A stretch of 64,000 nt of DNA from contig NW_027140807.1 of NCBI RefSeq assembly GCF_036365525.1, positions 868,001-932,000 of the forward strand, written 5' to 3'. Of the stretch, positions 1-12,785 are shown one piece after another. Under the pieces are notes generated by a model, which saw nothing but the letters and a program-made list of their open reading frames with translations, was not told the origin of the DNA and searched no databases. Position numbers and translations under genes: made by a program. The first letter of the stretch is position 1. Every line of letters begins with the position of its first letter. This stretch comes from Heterodontus francisci. Taxonomy: Eukaryota.

Positions 1-330
1 GATAGAGAGAGAGAGAGAGAGAAATAGATTGATGGATAATTAGATACATAAATAGATAGAGAGGCATTGAGAGATAGATAGAGAGAGAGAGATAAAGAGA
101 GAGAAAGAGAGACGGATAGAGAGAGAGAGAGAAATAAATAGAGATGGATAGATATATAGATAGAGAGAGACATAGAGAGATTGATAGATAGAGAGAGAGG
201 GAGAAAGAGAGACACGGATAGAGAGAGGGAGAGAGAGACAGAGACAGAGAGAGAGAGATAAAGAGAGGTAGAGAGAGAGATAGAGAGAGGGAGAAAGATA
301 GAGAGAGATGGATGGATTGATGAATGGATA
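1..330. repeat. (GA)n/(GATA)n microsatellite tract
   Basis: Purine-rich simple repeat; duplicated at ~38219-38480. Confidence 0.95.
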
Positions 331-651
331 TTGAAGGTGTGGTTTGATGTCACTGTGCTTTCTTTCTCCAAAGGGACAGTAGAGTGCGCTGTTGTACCAT
401 TATAAACATCAGAGTCTGGAAGACACTTCAACAGTGACCTGGGAACACAAGGAGTTCATTCATCACCTCGAAAACATTCCGAGCTTCACTGAGATCATGA
501 AATAAAGACAAGAAATCCTGGAACCACTCAGCGGGTCTGGCAGCATCTGTGGAAAGAGAAGCAGAGTTAACGTTTCGGGTCAGTGACCCTTCTTTCGGGT
601 CAGTAATCCTTTATTTCACTGAGATCATGACTGATCGATAACTTCCCATCG

Positions 652-995
652 CTCTCTCTCTCCAACCCTCTCTCTCCCTCTCTCCATGCCTCTCTTTCTC
701 CATCCCTCTCTCTCCCTCTCTCTCTATCCCTCTCGCTCCCACTCTCCATCCTCTCTCTTCCTGTCTCCATCCCTCTCTCTCCCTCTCCCTCTCCATCCTT
801 CTCTCACCCTCTCTCCATCCCTCTCTCTCCATCCCTCTCCATCCCTCTCTCTCCTGCACTCTCCATCCCTCTCTTTGCTCCTCTCCATCCCTCTCTCTTC
901 CTATCTCCATTCCTCTCTCTCCTTCTCTCCCCATCCATCTCTGCCTCTCTCTCCATCACTCTCTCTCCCTCTCTCTTCAACCCTCTCTTTCACTC
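652..995. repeat. CT-rich low-complexity tract
   Basis: (CT)n/ctctccatcc repeats; copy at ~38810-39155. Confidence 0.9.
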
Positions 996-1794
996 TCGCT
1001 ACCAAGCTGGTGTAAAATGAGAGAATGCCAATTAACATCCCTGTCTTTTACAGGGCAGTGACTGTCTCTCTATCTCGCTCGTTATTTTTCTACCTACATG
1101 ACTTTCCCTCGATCTCCCTATATCTCTACCTCTCTCTATAGCTGTCTGTCAACCTGACTGACTCTCTATCTATCTATCTCTCGACCTGATTATCTAGCTC
1201 TCAGTCTCTGTATGTATCAAACTCTATCTTTAGGTGATTACAGTTTGTATGAACTTATTAAACATGTTGCAGTAATGTAATAAATGACCGTCTTTTCATA
1301 GATTTTCTATATATTGACCAGTAGAAGATGTGGTTTGTCATCAATTATCTATCAAAATCCTCTATGATCTTCAACATCTGTATCACATCTACCATTAACC
1401 TTCGCTGCTCTAAGGAGAGAAACCCCCAGCTTCTCCAGTCTCTCCACAGTAACTGAAGTCCCTCATCCCTGGTAACAGATGGTTAATCTCTTTCTAACCT
1501 TCACTACACAGAGGTGAACAACTCCCCAATTCACAGGAACTAACTCAGCTCAGAACCATTAACCATCTGAGCGCTGTTTCAAACTGTTCAAAGGTGAGAC
1601 CCCTCTCCAGATACCTTCATCTCTGGGACACCTGCCTCCTGACAGCGAGTTCATAAGCTGCTGAAACCTGTTTAGCCACTTTCATCTCAGATTCCAGTCA
1701 CATTTGATGTGTTTTTCAAAGAAATTAGCAGTTCAGACCAGTGAACAATTTAACCCTTTAACTCCCATTCACCACGGAGGTTCGGCAGCAGAGC

Positions 1795-2140
1795 AGTTAT
1801 GTTACTGGACTCGTAATCCAGAGGCATGGACTAATGATCTCCAGACTTGAGTTCAATTCCCACTGGGGCAGAAATGCAATTTAAATTCAATTAATTAAAT
1901 AAATAAAAATCTATCAGAGACACTATGAGTAATCATGAACATGGAGTGTCGTAAAAAACCAACGTCTTCATTGATTACCGTCAGGGAAGGAAATCTGCCA
2001 TTCTTACCCGGTCTGGCCTATATCTGATTGCAGACCCACAGCAATGTAGTTGACTACTAACTGCCCTCTGATATGGCCTAGCAGGTATTCCCGAAGATGG
2101 TTCACTACCACCTTCTCAGATGCAATAAGGGATGGGCACA
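1795..2140 (+). mobile_element. SINE upstream of family-A V promoters (copies at ~4047, 6188, 8435, 39955, 42165, 55787)
   Basis: tRNA-like head (ttatgttactggactagtaatcc...gagttcaattccc); 3' end 'caccaccttctca..gcaataagggatgggca' matches the 3' end of the LINE fragment at 10740-11300. Confidence 0.7.
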
Positions 2141-2426
2141 CTCTCTGGGTATAGAGGGTTGTTTCCCTGAATTCTACTCTATCAAAGCGCTTTCTGACAT
2201 GTGAACATCTCCATTCAATCTCCCCCTATCCTCCTGTGTTGTATCATTCTACAACATTGCTAACCAATGTAATGGGGTGGAGCAGAGTGTCGCAGTAAGT
2301 GACTGCCAATCACAATGACAACCGGATGCTGGGTATTTATTTGGATACAATATAAAAGCCGCCTGCAAGTGTGTTGTTGAAAACTCCACACGTTCACACT
2401 TCGAGTTAGTATCGAATGAAGAAATC

Positions 2427-3261
2427 ATGTTGCATAAAGTTCTCTGTCTAATCTTGATGGCTGCACTCTTCCCACGTAAGTCAAAGTCAGAAACTGTGTC
2501 GAATAATGTATTGTAAAGTCAGCGGTGATTCTGTTCCATAACACTGCTGTGTCAGAGTCTCACTCCAGAACACTTGAGCTCAAAGTCAAAACTAACACCC
2601 CAGGTGTCAGGGCTGTGGAAGTGCTGGACTGTCACAGAGGCAGTACTGAAGGTGTGCTGCACTGTCGCAGAGGCAGTACTGAGGGAGTGCTGCACTGTCG
2701 CAGAGGCAGTACTGAGGGAGTGCAGCACTGTCACAGAGGCAGTACTGAGGGAGTGCTGCACTGTTGCAGAGGCAGTACTGAGGGAGTGCCGCACTGTCGC
2801 AGAGGCAGTACTGAGGGAGTAACTACATTGGTTGCAAGGCCCTTTCTGATGCCCTGAGGTCCTGAACAGCGATATATTAATGTAAGCCCTCTCTTTCGTG
2901 TAATGCAGCCCCTGCTCCAATCCATTATTGACTGAAATAATAATCTAATCGATGTTCCGTCCCACAGGAATACTCGCCTCCTATGTGGAACAGTCACCCT
3001 CTATCCTATCGATTTCCGCAGGAGAGTCGACAACACTCAGATGCACGCTGACCAATACTGCCTATTCCTATATGTACTGGTACAGACAACAACCAGACAG
3101 GGCACTGGAAGCTCTGTTCTATTCTGTTGGAACAGGGTCTGTCACCAATTACACGTCCGAGTCATTTAAGGCAGACAGAGCCAGCAATACACTGTTTACT
3201 TTGGCACTGAGAGACGCCGCTCCATCTCACACCGCTGTCTATTTCTGCACTTGTAGTATCG
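2427..3261 (+). CDS. TRBV: TCR beta V segment, family A #1 (leader 2427-2475, V exon 2968-3261), apparently functional
   Basis: Leader MLHKVLCLILMAALFP, gtaag/cag phase-1 splice, both canonical Cys, WYRQ, YFCTCS, followed by 23-RSS. Confidence 0.92.
2621..2818 (+). repeat. 33-bp intronic minisatellite (6 units) within a Deu-domain-like SINE remnant
   Basis: Unit gtgctgcactgtcgcagaggcagtactgaggga; 4-7 copies in every family-A intron. Confidence 0.9.
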
Positions 3262-3300
3262 CACAGTGTTTGAGAAAGCGGATCAGCAGCTGCAAAAACC
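3262..3300 (+). other. 23-RSS
   Basis: CACAGTG-23bp-GCAAAAACC. Confidence 0.95.
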
Positions 3301-3337
3301 TGCAGCGGATGAACGGGAGTTCAGTGCTCATCTTCAA

Positions 3338-3353
3338 CTGGCAGGGGGCAGCA
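3338..3353 (+). promoter_or_regulatory. Candidate CTCF site (single, CTGG variant)
   Basis: CTGGCAGGGGGCAGCA, 37 bp after the nonamer. Confidence 0.5.
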
Positions 3354-4676
3354 GTAGATTGAAGCTCATTGTTCAGATCTATCTGTCCACCTGATTGTTT
3401 ATCTCTCTGTCTCTCTATCTATCTATCACTTTACCTGGTTATCTATCTCTCTGCCTCTCTATCTATCTAACTCGATCTTTAGGTAATTACAGTTTGTGTG
3501 AACGAATTAAACATACTGCAGTAATGTAATGAATGACCATCTTTTCATAGATTTTCTATATATTGACCAGTAGATGATGTGGTTTGTCATCAATTATCTA
3601 TAAAAATCCTCTATGATCTTCAATATCTGTATCACATCTACTGTTAACCTTCTCTGCTCCAAGGAGCGAAACCCCCAGCTTCTCCATTCTCTCCACAGTA
3701 ACTGAAGTCCCTCATCCCTGGTACCAGTCTTGTTAATCTCCCTCTAACCTTCACTACACAGAGGTGAACAACTCCCCAATGCACAGAAACTATCTCAGCT
3801 CAGAACCCTGAACCATCTGAGCGCTGTTTCACACTGTTCAAAGGCGAAACCCCTCTCCAGATAACTTCATCTCTGGGACACTTGCCTCCTGACAGCGAGT
3901 TCAGAAGCTGCTGAAAACTCTTTACCCACTTTCACCTCAGACTCGAGTCACATTTAATCTGTTCTTCAAAGAAACCAGCAGTTCAGACCAGTGAACAATT
4001 TAACCATTTAACTCCCATTCACCACGGAGGTTCGGCAGCAGAGCAGTTATGTTACTGGGCTAGTAATCCAGAGGCCTGGACTAATGATCCCCAGACTTGA
4101 GTTCAATTCCCACCGGGGCAGAAATGCAATTTAAATTCAATTAATTAAATAAATAAAAATTTGTCATGGAAAGTATGAGTAATCCTGAACATGGAGTGTC
4201 TTAGAAACCCAACGTCTTCATTGATTACCTTCAGGGAAGGAAATCCGCCATTCCTACCAGGTCTGGCCTATATGTGACTGCAGACCCACAGCAATGTAGT
4301 TGACTGTTAACTGCCCTCTGATATGGCCTAGCAGGTATTCCCGAAGATGGTTCACCATCACCTTCTCAGGGGCAATAAGGGATGGGCACACTCTCTGGGT
4401 ATAGAGGGGTGTTTCCCTGAATTGTACTCTATCAATGCCCTTTCTGAAATGGGAACACCTCTATTCAATCTCCCCCTATCCTCCTGTGTTGTATCATTCT
4501 ACAACATTGCTATGCAAAGTAATGGGGTGGAGCAGAGTGTCGCAGTAAGTGACTGCCAATCACAATGACAACCGGATGCTGGGTATTTAATTGAACACAA
4601 TATAGAAACCGCCTGCAAGAGTGTTGTTGAAAACTCCACACGTTCACACATCGAGTTAGTATCGAATGAAGAAATC

Positions 4677-5444
4677 ATGTTGCATGAAGTTCTCTGTCTA
4701 ATCTTGATGCCTGCCCTGTTCCCACGTAAGTCAAAGTCAGAAACAGTGTCGAATAATGTATTGTAATGTCAGCGGTGATTCTGTCCGTAACACTGCTGTG
4801 TCAGAGTCTCACTCCAGAACACTTGAGCTCAAAGTCAAAAGTAACACCCCAGGTGTCAGAGCTGAGGGAGTGCTGCACTGTCACAGAGGCAGGACTGAGG
4901 GAGTGCTGCACTGTCGCAGAGGCAGTACTGAGGGAGTGCTGCACTGTTGCAGAGGCAGTACTGAGGGAGTGCCGCACTTTCGCAGAGGCAGTAATGAGGG
5001 AGTAACTACATTGGTTGCAAAGCCGTTTCTGATGCCCTGAGGTCCTGAACGGCGATATATTAATGTAAGCCCTCTCTTTCTTGTAATGCAGCCCCTGCTC
5101 CAATCCATTATTGACTGAAATAATAATCTAATCGATGTTCCGTCCCACAGGAATACTCGCCTCCTATGTGGAACAGTCAACCTCTATCCTATCGATTTCC
5201 GCAGGAGAGTCGACAACACTCAGATGCACGCTGAAGAATACTGGCTATCCTGCAATGTACTGGTACAGACAACAACCAGACAGGGCACTGGAAGCTCTGT
5301 TCTATTCTGTTGGAACAGGATCTGTCACCAATTACACGTCCGAGTCATTTAAGGCAGACAGAGCCAGCGATACACTGTTTACTTTGGCACTGAGAGACGC
5401 CGCTCCATCTCACACCGCTGTCTATTTCTGCGCTTGTAGTATCG
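4677..5444 (+). CDS. TRBV: TCR beta V segment, family A #2 (leader 4677-4725, V exon 5151-5444)
   Basis: Open frame, canonical Cys/Trp, YFCACS. Confidence 0.92.
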
Positions 5445-5483
5445 CACAGTGTTTGAGAAAGCGGATCAGCAGCTGCAAAAACC
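5445..5483 (+). other. 23-RSS
   Basis: CACAGTG-23bp-GCAAAAACC. Confidence 0.95.
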
Positions 5484-6808
5484 TGCAGCGGATGAACGGG
5501 AGTTCAGTGCTCATCTTCAACTGGCAGGGGGCAGCAGTAGATTGAAGCTTTCTGTTCATATCTATTTGTCCACCTGATTGTTTATCTCTCTGTCTCTCTA
5601 TCTATCTATCTCTCTACCTGGTTATCTATCTCTCTGTCTCTCTATCTATCTAACTCTATCTTTAGGTAATTACAGTTTGTATGAACTAATTAAACATACT
5701 GCAGTAATGTAATGAATGACCATCTTTTCATAGATTTTCTATATATTGACCAGTAGAAGATGTGGTTAGTCATCAATTATCTATCAAAATCCTCTATGAT
5801 CTTCAATATCTGTATCACATCTACCATTAACCTTCTCTGCTCTAAGGGCAGAAATCCCCAGCTTCTCCAGTCTCTCCACAGTAACTGAAGTCCCTCATCC
5901 CTGATACCAGTCTGGTTAATCTCCCTCTAAACTTCACTACACAGAGGCGAACAACCCCCTCATGCACAGGAACTAACTCAGCGCAGAACCATTAACCATC
6001 TGAGCGCTGTTTCACAGTGTTCAAAGTGAGACCCCTCTCCAGTTCAGAAGCTGCTGAAAACTCTTTACCCACTTTCATCTTCGACTCGAGTCACATTTGA
6101 TGTGTTCTTCAAAGAAACTCGCAGTTCAGACCAGTGAACAATTTAACCCTTTAACCGCCATTCAGCAAGGAGGTACGGTAGCAGAGCAGTTATGTTACTG
6201 GACTAGTAATCCAGAGGCCTGGACTAATGATCCCCAGACTTGAGTTCAATTCTCACCAGGGCAGAAATTGAATTTAAATTTAATTAAGTAAATAAATAAA
6301 ATCTGTAATGGAAAGTAAGAGCAATTCTGAACATGGAGTGTCGTAAAAACCCAACGTATTCATTGATGACCTTCAGGGAAGGAAATCTGCCATTCTTACC
6401 CGGTCTGGCCTATATGTGACTGCAGACCCACAGCAATGTGGTTGACTATTAACTGCCCTCTGATATGGCCCAGCAGGTAATTCCGAAGATGGTTCACCAC
6501 CACCTTCTCAGGGGCAATAAGGGATGGGCACACTCTCTGGGTATAGAGTGTTGCTTCCCTGGATTCTACTCCATCAAAGCCCTTTCTGAAATGTATTCAA
6601 TCTCCCCCTATCCTCCTAAGTTGTATCATTCTGCAACATTGCTATACAATGTAATGGGGTGGAGCAGAGTGTCGCAGTAAGTGACTGCCAATAACAATGA
6701 CAACCGGATGCTGGGTATTTAATTGGATACAATATAGAAACCGCCTGCAAGTGTGTTGTTGAAAACTCCACATGTTCACACATCGAGTTGGTATCGAATG
6801 AAGAAATC

Positions 6809-7568
6809 ATGTTGCATGAAGTTCTCTGTCTAACCTTGATGGCTGCATTCTTCCCACGTAAGTCAAAGTCAGAAACTGTGTCGAATAATGTACTGTAATG
6901 TTAGCGGTGATTCTGTCTGGAACACGCCTGTGTCAGAGTCTCACTCCAGAACACTTCAGCTCAAAATCAAGGCTGAACACCCCGGGTGTCATGACTGAGG
7001 GAATGTTGCACTGTCACAGAGGCAGTACTGAGGTAGTGCTGCACTGTCGCACAGGCAGTACTGAGGGAGTGCTGCACTGTCGCAGAGGCAGTACTGAGGG
7101 AGTGCTGCACTGTCGCAGAGGCAGTACTGATTGAGTAACTACATTGATTGCAAAGCCCTTTCTGAGGTCCTGAACGGCGCTATGTTAATGTAAGTCCTTT
7201 TTTCTTGCAATGCAGTCCCTCCTCTAATCCGCTATTGACTTAAATAATAATTTAATCGATGTTCCATTCCACAGGAATACTCGCCTCTTGTGTGGAACAG
7301 TCTCCCTCGATCCTATCGATTGCAGCAGGAGAGTCGACAACACTCAGATTCACGCTGACCAATACTGGCTGGACCTTAATGTACTGGTACAGTCAACAAC
7401 CAGACAGGGAACTGGAATCTCTGTTCTATTCTGCTACAGAAGTGACTGTTACCAATTACACGTCCGAGTCATTTATGGCAGTCAGATTCAGCGATACACT
7501 GTTTTCTTTGGCACTGAGAAACGCTGCTACATCTCACACCGCTGTCTATTTCTGCACTTGCAGTATCG
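6809..7568 (+). pseudogene. TRBV: TCR beta V family A #3, open frame but probably non-functional (leader 6809-6857, V exon 7275-7568)
   Basis: First canonical Cys replaced by Phe (TLRFTL), WYSQ; RSS degraded. Confidence 0.8.
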
Positions 7569-7607
7569 CACAGTATTTGAGAAAGCGGATCCGCAGCTGC
7601 ATCAACC
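7569..7607 (+). other. Degraded 23-RSS
   Basis: CACAGTA-23bp-GCATCAACC. Confidence 0.85.
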
Positions 7608-9064
7608 TGCAGCAGATGAACGGGATTTCAGTGCTCATCATCCACCGGCAGGTGGCATCAGTGGTTTGAGTCTCACTGCTCATTTTCCACCAGCAGGGGG
7701 CAGCAGTAGATTGAATGTCAGAGTTCATAACTGCCTGTCAACCTGCCTGTCTGTCTCTCTATCTATCTATCTCTCTACCTGGTTATCTATCTCTCTGTCT
7801 CTCTATCTATCTATCTCTCCACCTGGTTACCTATCTGTCTGTCTCTGTAACTATCTAACTATATCTTTAGGTGATTACAGTTTGTATGAACTAATTAAAC
7901 ATACTGCAGTGATGTGATGAATGACCATCTTTGCATAGATTTTCTATATATTGGCCAGTAGATGATGTGATGTGTTATCAATTATCTATCAAAATCCTCT
8001 ATGATCTTCAATATCTGTATCATATCTACCATTAACCTTCTCTGCTCCAAGGAGAGAAACCCCCAGCTTCTCCAGTCTCTCCACAGTAACTGAAGTCCCT
8101 CATCCCTGGTACCAGTCTTGTTAATCTCCCTCTAACCTTCACTACACAGAGGTGGACAACTCCCCAATGCACAGAAACTAACTCAGCTCAGAACCCTTAA
8201 CCATCTGAGTGCTGTTCCACACTGTTCAAAGGCGAAACCCCTCTGCAGATAACTTCATCTCTGGGACACCTGCCTCCTGACAGCGAGTTCAGAAGCTGCT
8301 GAAAACTCTTTACCCACTTTCACCTCAGACTCGAGTCACATTTAATGTGTTCTTCAAAGAAACTAGCAGTTCAGACCAGTGGACAATTTAACCATTTAAC
8401 TCCCATTCACCACGGAGGTTCGGCAGCAGGGCAGTTATGTTACTGGGCTAGTAATCCAGAGGCCTGGACTAATGATTCCCAGACTTGAGTTCAAATCCCA
8501 CCGGGGCAGAAATATAATTTAAATTCAATTAATTAAATAAATAAAAATCTGTCATGGAAAGTATGAGTAATCCTGAACATGGAGTGTCTTAAAAACCCAA
8601 CGTCTTCATTGATGACCTTCAGGGAAGGAAATCCGCCACTCCTACCCGGTCTGGCCTATATGTGACTGCAGACCCACAGCAATGAGGTTGACTGTTAACT
8701 GCCCTCTGATATGGCCCAGCAGGTATTTCCGAAGATGGTTCACCATCACCTTCTCAGGGGCAATAAGGGATGGGCACACTCTCTGGGTATAGAGGGTTGC
8801 TTCCCTGAATTCTACTCTATCAAATCCCTTTCTGAAATGAGAACACCTCTAATCAATCTCCCCCTATCCTCCTGTGTTGTATCATTCTACAACATTGCTA
8901 TACAATGTAATGCGGTGGAGCAGAGTGTCGCAGCAAGTGACTGCCAATCACAATGACAACCGGATGCTGGGTATTTAATTGGATACAATATAGAAACCGC
9001 CTGCAAGTGTGTTGTTGAAAACTCCACACGTTCACACATCGAGTTAGTATCGAATGAAGAAATC

Positions 9065-9931
9065 ATGTTGCACGAAGTTCTCTGTCTGATCTTGATGCCT
9101 GCCCTGTTCCCACGTAAGTCAAAGTCAGAAACAGAGTCGAATAATGTATTGTAATGTTAGGGGTGATTCTGTCCGGAACACTCCTGTGTCTGAGTCTCAC
9201 TCCAGAACACTTGAGCTCAAAGTCAAGGCTGACAAACCACGTGTCAGGACTGAGGGAGTGCTGCACTGTCGCAGAGGCAGTACTGAGGGAGTGCTGCACT
9301 TTCACAGAAGCAGTACTGAGGGAGTGCTGCACTGTCACAGAGGCAGTACTGAGGGAGTGCTGCACTGTCGCAGAGGCAGTACAGAGTGAGTTCTGCACTG
9401 TCGCAGAGGCAGTACTGAGGGACTGCTGCACTGTCGCAGAGGCAGTACTGAGGGAGTGCTGCACTGTCGAATAGGCAGTACTGACGGAGTAACTGCATTT
9501 GTTGCAAAGCACTTTCTGATGTCCGGAGGTCCTGAACGGCGCTATATTAATGTAAGCCCTTTCTTTCTTGCAATGCAGCTCCTGCTCCAATCCATTATTG
9601 ACTGAAATAATAATCTAATCGATGTTCCATTCCACAGGAATACTCTCCTCCTATGTGGAACAGTCACCCTCTATCCTATCGATTGCAGCAGGAGAGTCGA
9701 CAACACTCAGATGCACGCTGACCAATACTGACTATTCCTATATGTACTGGTACAGACAACAACCAGACAGGGCACTGGAAGCTCTGTTCTATTCTGCTGG
9801 AACAGGGTCTGTTACCAATTACACGTCCGAGTCATTTAAGGCAGTCAGAGCCAGCAATACACTGTTTACTTTTGCACTGAGAGACGCCGCTCCATCTCAC
9901 ACCGCTGTCTATTTCTGCGCTTGTAGTGTCG
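9065..9931 (+). CDS. TRBV: TCR beta V segment, family A #4 (leader 9065-9113, V exon 9638-9931)
   Basis: Open frame, canonical residues, YFCACS. Confidence 0.92.
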
Positions 9932-9970
9932 CACAGTGTTTGAGAAAGCGGATCAGCAGCTGCAAAAACC
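9932..9970 (+). other. 23-RSS
   Basis: CACAGTG-23bp-GCAAAAACC. Confidence 0.95.
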
Positions 9971-9989
9971 TGTCGTGGATGAACGGGAG

Positions 9990-10343
9990 TTCAGTGCTCA
10001 CCTTCCACTGGCAGGGGGCAGCAGTGGATTGAATCTCAGTGCTCATCTTCCACCGGCAGGGGGCAGCAGTAGATTGAATTCAGCGCTCACCATCCACCGG
10101 CAGGGGGCAGCAGTGGATTGAATCTCGGTGCTCATCTTCCACCGGCAGGGGGCAGCAGTAGATTGAATCTCAGTGCTCATCTTCCACCAGCAGGGGGCAG
10201 CAGTGGATTGAATCTCTGTGCTCATCTTCCACCGACAGGGGGCGGCAGTACATTGAATCTCAGTGCTCATCTTCCACCGACAGGGGGCGGCAGTACATTG
10301 AATCTCAGTGCTTATCTTCGACCGGCAGGGGGCAGCAGTAGAC
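9990..10343 (+). repeat. 45-bp minisatellite, 8 units, each containing a CTCF-type core
   Basis: Unit ttgaatctcagtgctcatcttccaCCGGCAGGGGGCAGCAgtaga; cores at 10008, 10053, 10097, 10142, 10187, 10232, 10277, 10322. Confidence 0.92.
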
Positions 10344-10739
10344 TGACTGCTCAATTTCTGCAACCAGGTCATGGAATCATCTTGGTTAACAGCAGAGAAG
10401 GAGACCATTCGGCCCATCTTCCCCGTACTGGCTTATTTGAAAGAACTGTCCAGTTATTGCTCTTCCCCCCACCCCCCCCCGCTACTTCCCCATAGCCCTG
10501 CACATTGTTTCCATTCACGTGTACAATCCATTGCCTTTTGAACGTTCTTGTTCAAACTGCTTCCAACACCCTTTCAGACAGTGCTCGCCACATCATAACA
10601 ACTCGCTGCTTAAATAAATCATCACTTCTCCCCCCCTCTCCCCATTAATTCATCTGCCAGTTATATTTAATCAATGTCTCTGGGTTGCCTTCTGCCTATA
10701 GAAACAGTTTCTGTCATTTACATATTTTAAAAAATTCTT

Positions 10740-11300
10740 TGATGGGATGTGTGCATCGCTGACCGGGCCAGCATCTGCTATCCATCCCAAATTGCCCTTG
10801 AGAAGGTGGTGGTGAGCTGCCTTCTTGAACCGCTGCAGTCCATGTCGGGTAGTTACAATCACAGTCCCGTAAGGAAGGGAGTTCCAGGATTTTGACCCAG
10901 TAACAGTGAAGGAACGGCGATATAGTTCCAAGTCAGGATGGTGTGTGACTTGGAGGGGAACCTGCAGGTGGTGGTGTTCCCATGCATCTGCTGTCCTTGT
11001 CCTTCTAGGTGATAGAGGTAGCGTGTTTGGAAGGTGTTGTCGAAGGAGCCTTTGGGAGTTGCTGCAGTGCATTTTGTATATAGTCCACAGTGCTACCACA
11101 GTGTGTCGGTGGTGGAGGGAGTGAATGTTTGTAGATGGGGTGCCAATCAAGCGGGCTGTTTTGTTCTGGATGGTGTCGAGCTTCTTGAGTGTTGTTGGAG
11201 CTGCACTCATCCCGGTAAGTGGAGATTATTCCATCACACTTCTGACTTGTGCCTTGAAGATGGTGGAAAAGCTTTGTAGAATCAGGAGATGAGGTACTCA
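10740..11300 (-). mobile_element. LINE 3' fragment (copy at ~44445-44990)
   Basis: Degenerate ORF2 C-terminal peptides (KLDTIQNKTARLIG, SWNSLP, FKKAAHHHLLKG). Confidence 0.8.
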
Positions 11301-12785
11301 AGACTCAACGTGCTATCTGAGTGGGTAAAACTCTCCTCTCTGAGTTAGAAGGTGCCACTCCACAGACTGGAGCCAATAAAAAGGCTGACACTTCAGTGCC
11401 TGGAACGCGTTGCCAGCGGAGGTGGCAGATGCGAACACGATATCGTCTTTTAAGATGTGTCTAGACAGATACATGAATGGGCAGGAAGCAAAGAGATACA
11501 GACCCTTAGAAAATAGGCAACATGTTTAGGTAGAGGATCTGGATCGGCGCAGGCTTGGAGGGCCGAAGGGCCTGTTCCTGTGCTGTAATTTTCTTTTTTC
11601 TTTGTTCTTTCTTTGCCAACAAACTGCAGGTAAGTCAAAACAAATCCACCGACCAAAAATTTCGGACTGAAATGCATGTTTCATACTATTTTTTCTGATT
11701 AAGCAGAATTAACGCACACAATTTTGAATGCAACACAAACGAAATAAATTGATGCTAAACCCTTTAGTAAAAGCCTGGTTTGGCCTCAACTGGTGTAGCG
11801 TGTCCACTTCTTTACATGACATTGTCGGGAGGATGGAGAGGGTGCAAAGGAGATTTAGAAGGAGGTGACAGGGCATGAGGGGTTTCAGCTATGTGGAGAT
11901 GTGGGAGAAGCTGTTCATTGGAAAAGACAAGGTTACCAAAAGTCCCAGAGCCCAATCCAGAAGGTTAGGGGTGCGATGATGGACCACACCACCACTGCTC
12001 ATTCAATCCAAAAAACATTGAAATGTTTCCCATTTCATCCATGATCTTCCCACTTCATGTAAAATGCATCTATGGAATAGTTAAGTTGTCACCCCCACTC
12101 TTGGTCTAACCTTTAACACTTCCATTGTTACCGAGTCCTGATGGATATTTAAGAAAGATAGTGAACATTTACTCTTGTAACATCTCAGCTTTTCTGAAAT
12201 GACCCTCCCAGCAATGCACACATCCCATCACTGAATACATTCAGATACAATTGGAAGTGAACAAGCTTGATAATGATGGTGGAGTGAGCATCTTTTCATG
12301 GTTATGAGGCTGCTGAGGGTGAGGCTGACACAGAAAATGGCGGTCGGGAGGAGGGTGGTAATGTGTCCTCAGATGGTAATGATGAGTGTGAGGATGGTGT
12401 CAGGATGAATGTGGTTATGATCAGGGGAGTACTGAAGGTATTGATGATACCAACACACCCGCCCATTTAATCACCTCTCCACCACAGAAGATAGTTTACA
12501 TCACATTTACTCCCTTCCTTTCTGCAACTTTCAAAGACATGAAACAGAACTGCAGGCCCAGAAACCGATGAGCTGGGGCTCAAACATTGGTCCCTCCCCA
12601 GAAATGACGAGTCCTCGGGGAGCCCATGAACAAAGAAAGAAAGCTTGGCTCCGCCTAGGAAAATGTTGAAGATGATGGAGACGGAAGCTGTAAATTCTAG
12701 TCAGTTCCCAGAACTTTGAGATACTCTACAATAAAAGTGCTCAGCCATTTCATTTAAAAGCACACGGATCCTTCACCCTCCAGAG

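Noticed and set aside
611-1015. Low-complexity ORFs (also 17911-18467, 33291-33956, 38769-39046)
   Set aside because: Microsatellite translations.
2628-2800. Heptamer-like CACTGTC/CACAGAG in the 33-bp repeat as an RSS array
   Set aside because: No nonamer-like sequence at 12 or 23 bp spacing.
2525-2997. Cys/His-rich repeat ORFs (EGVLHCRRGST)n
   Set aside because: Translation of the 33-bp intronic minisatellite, lying between clear splice sites.
11411-11430. CTCF-like gccagcggaggtggcag
   Set aside because: Poor register with the core; part of a LINE 3' remnant absent from the duplicate.
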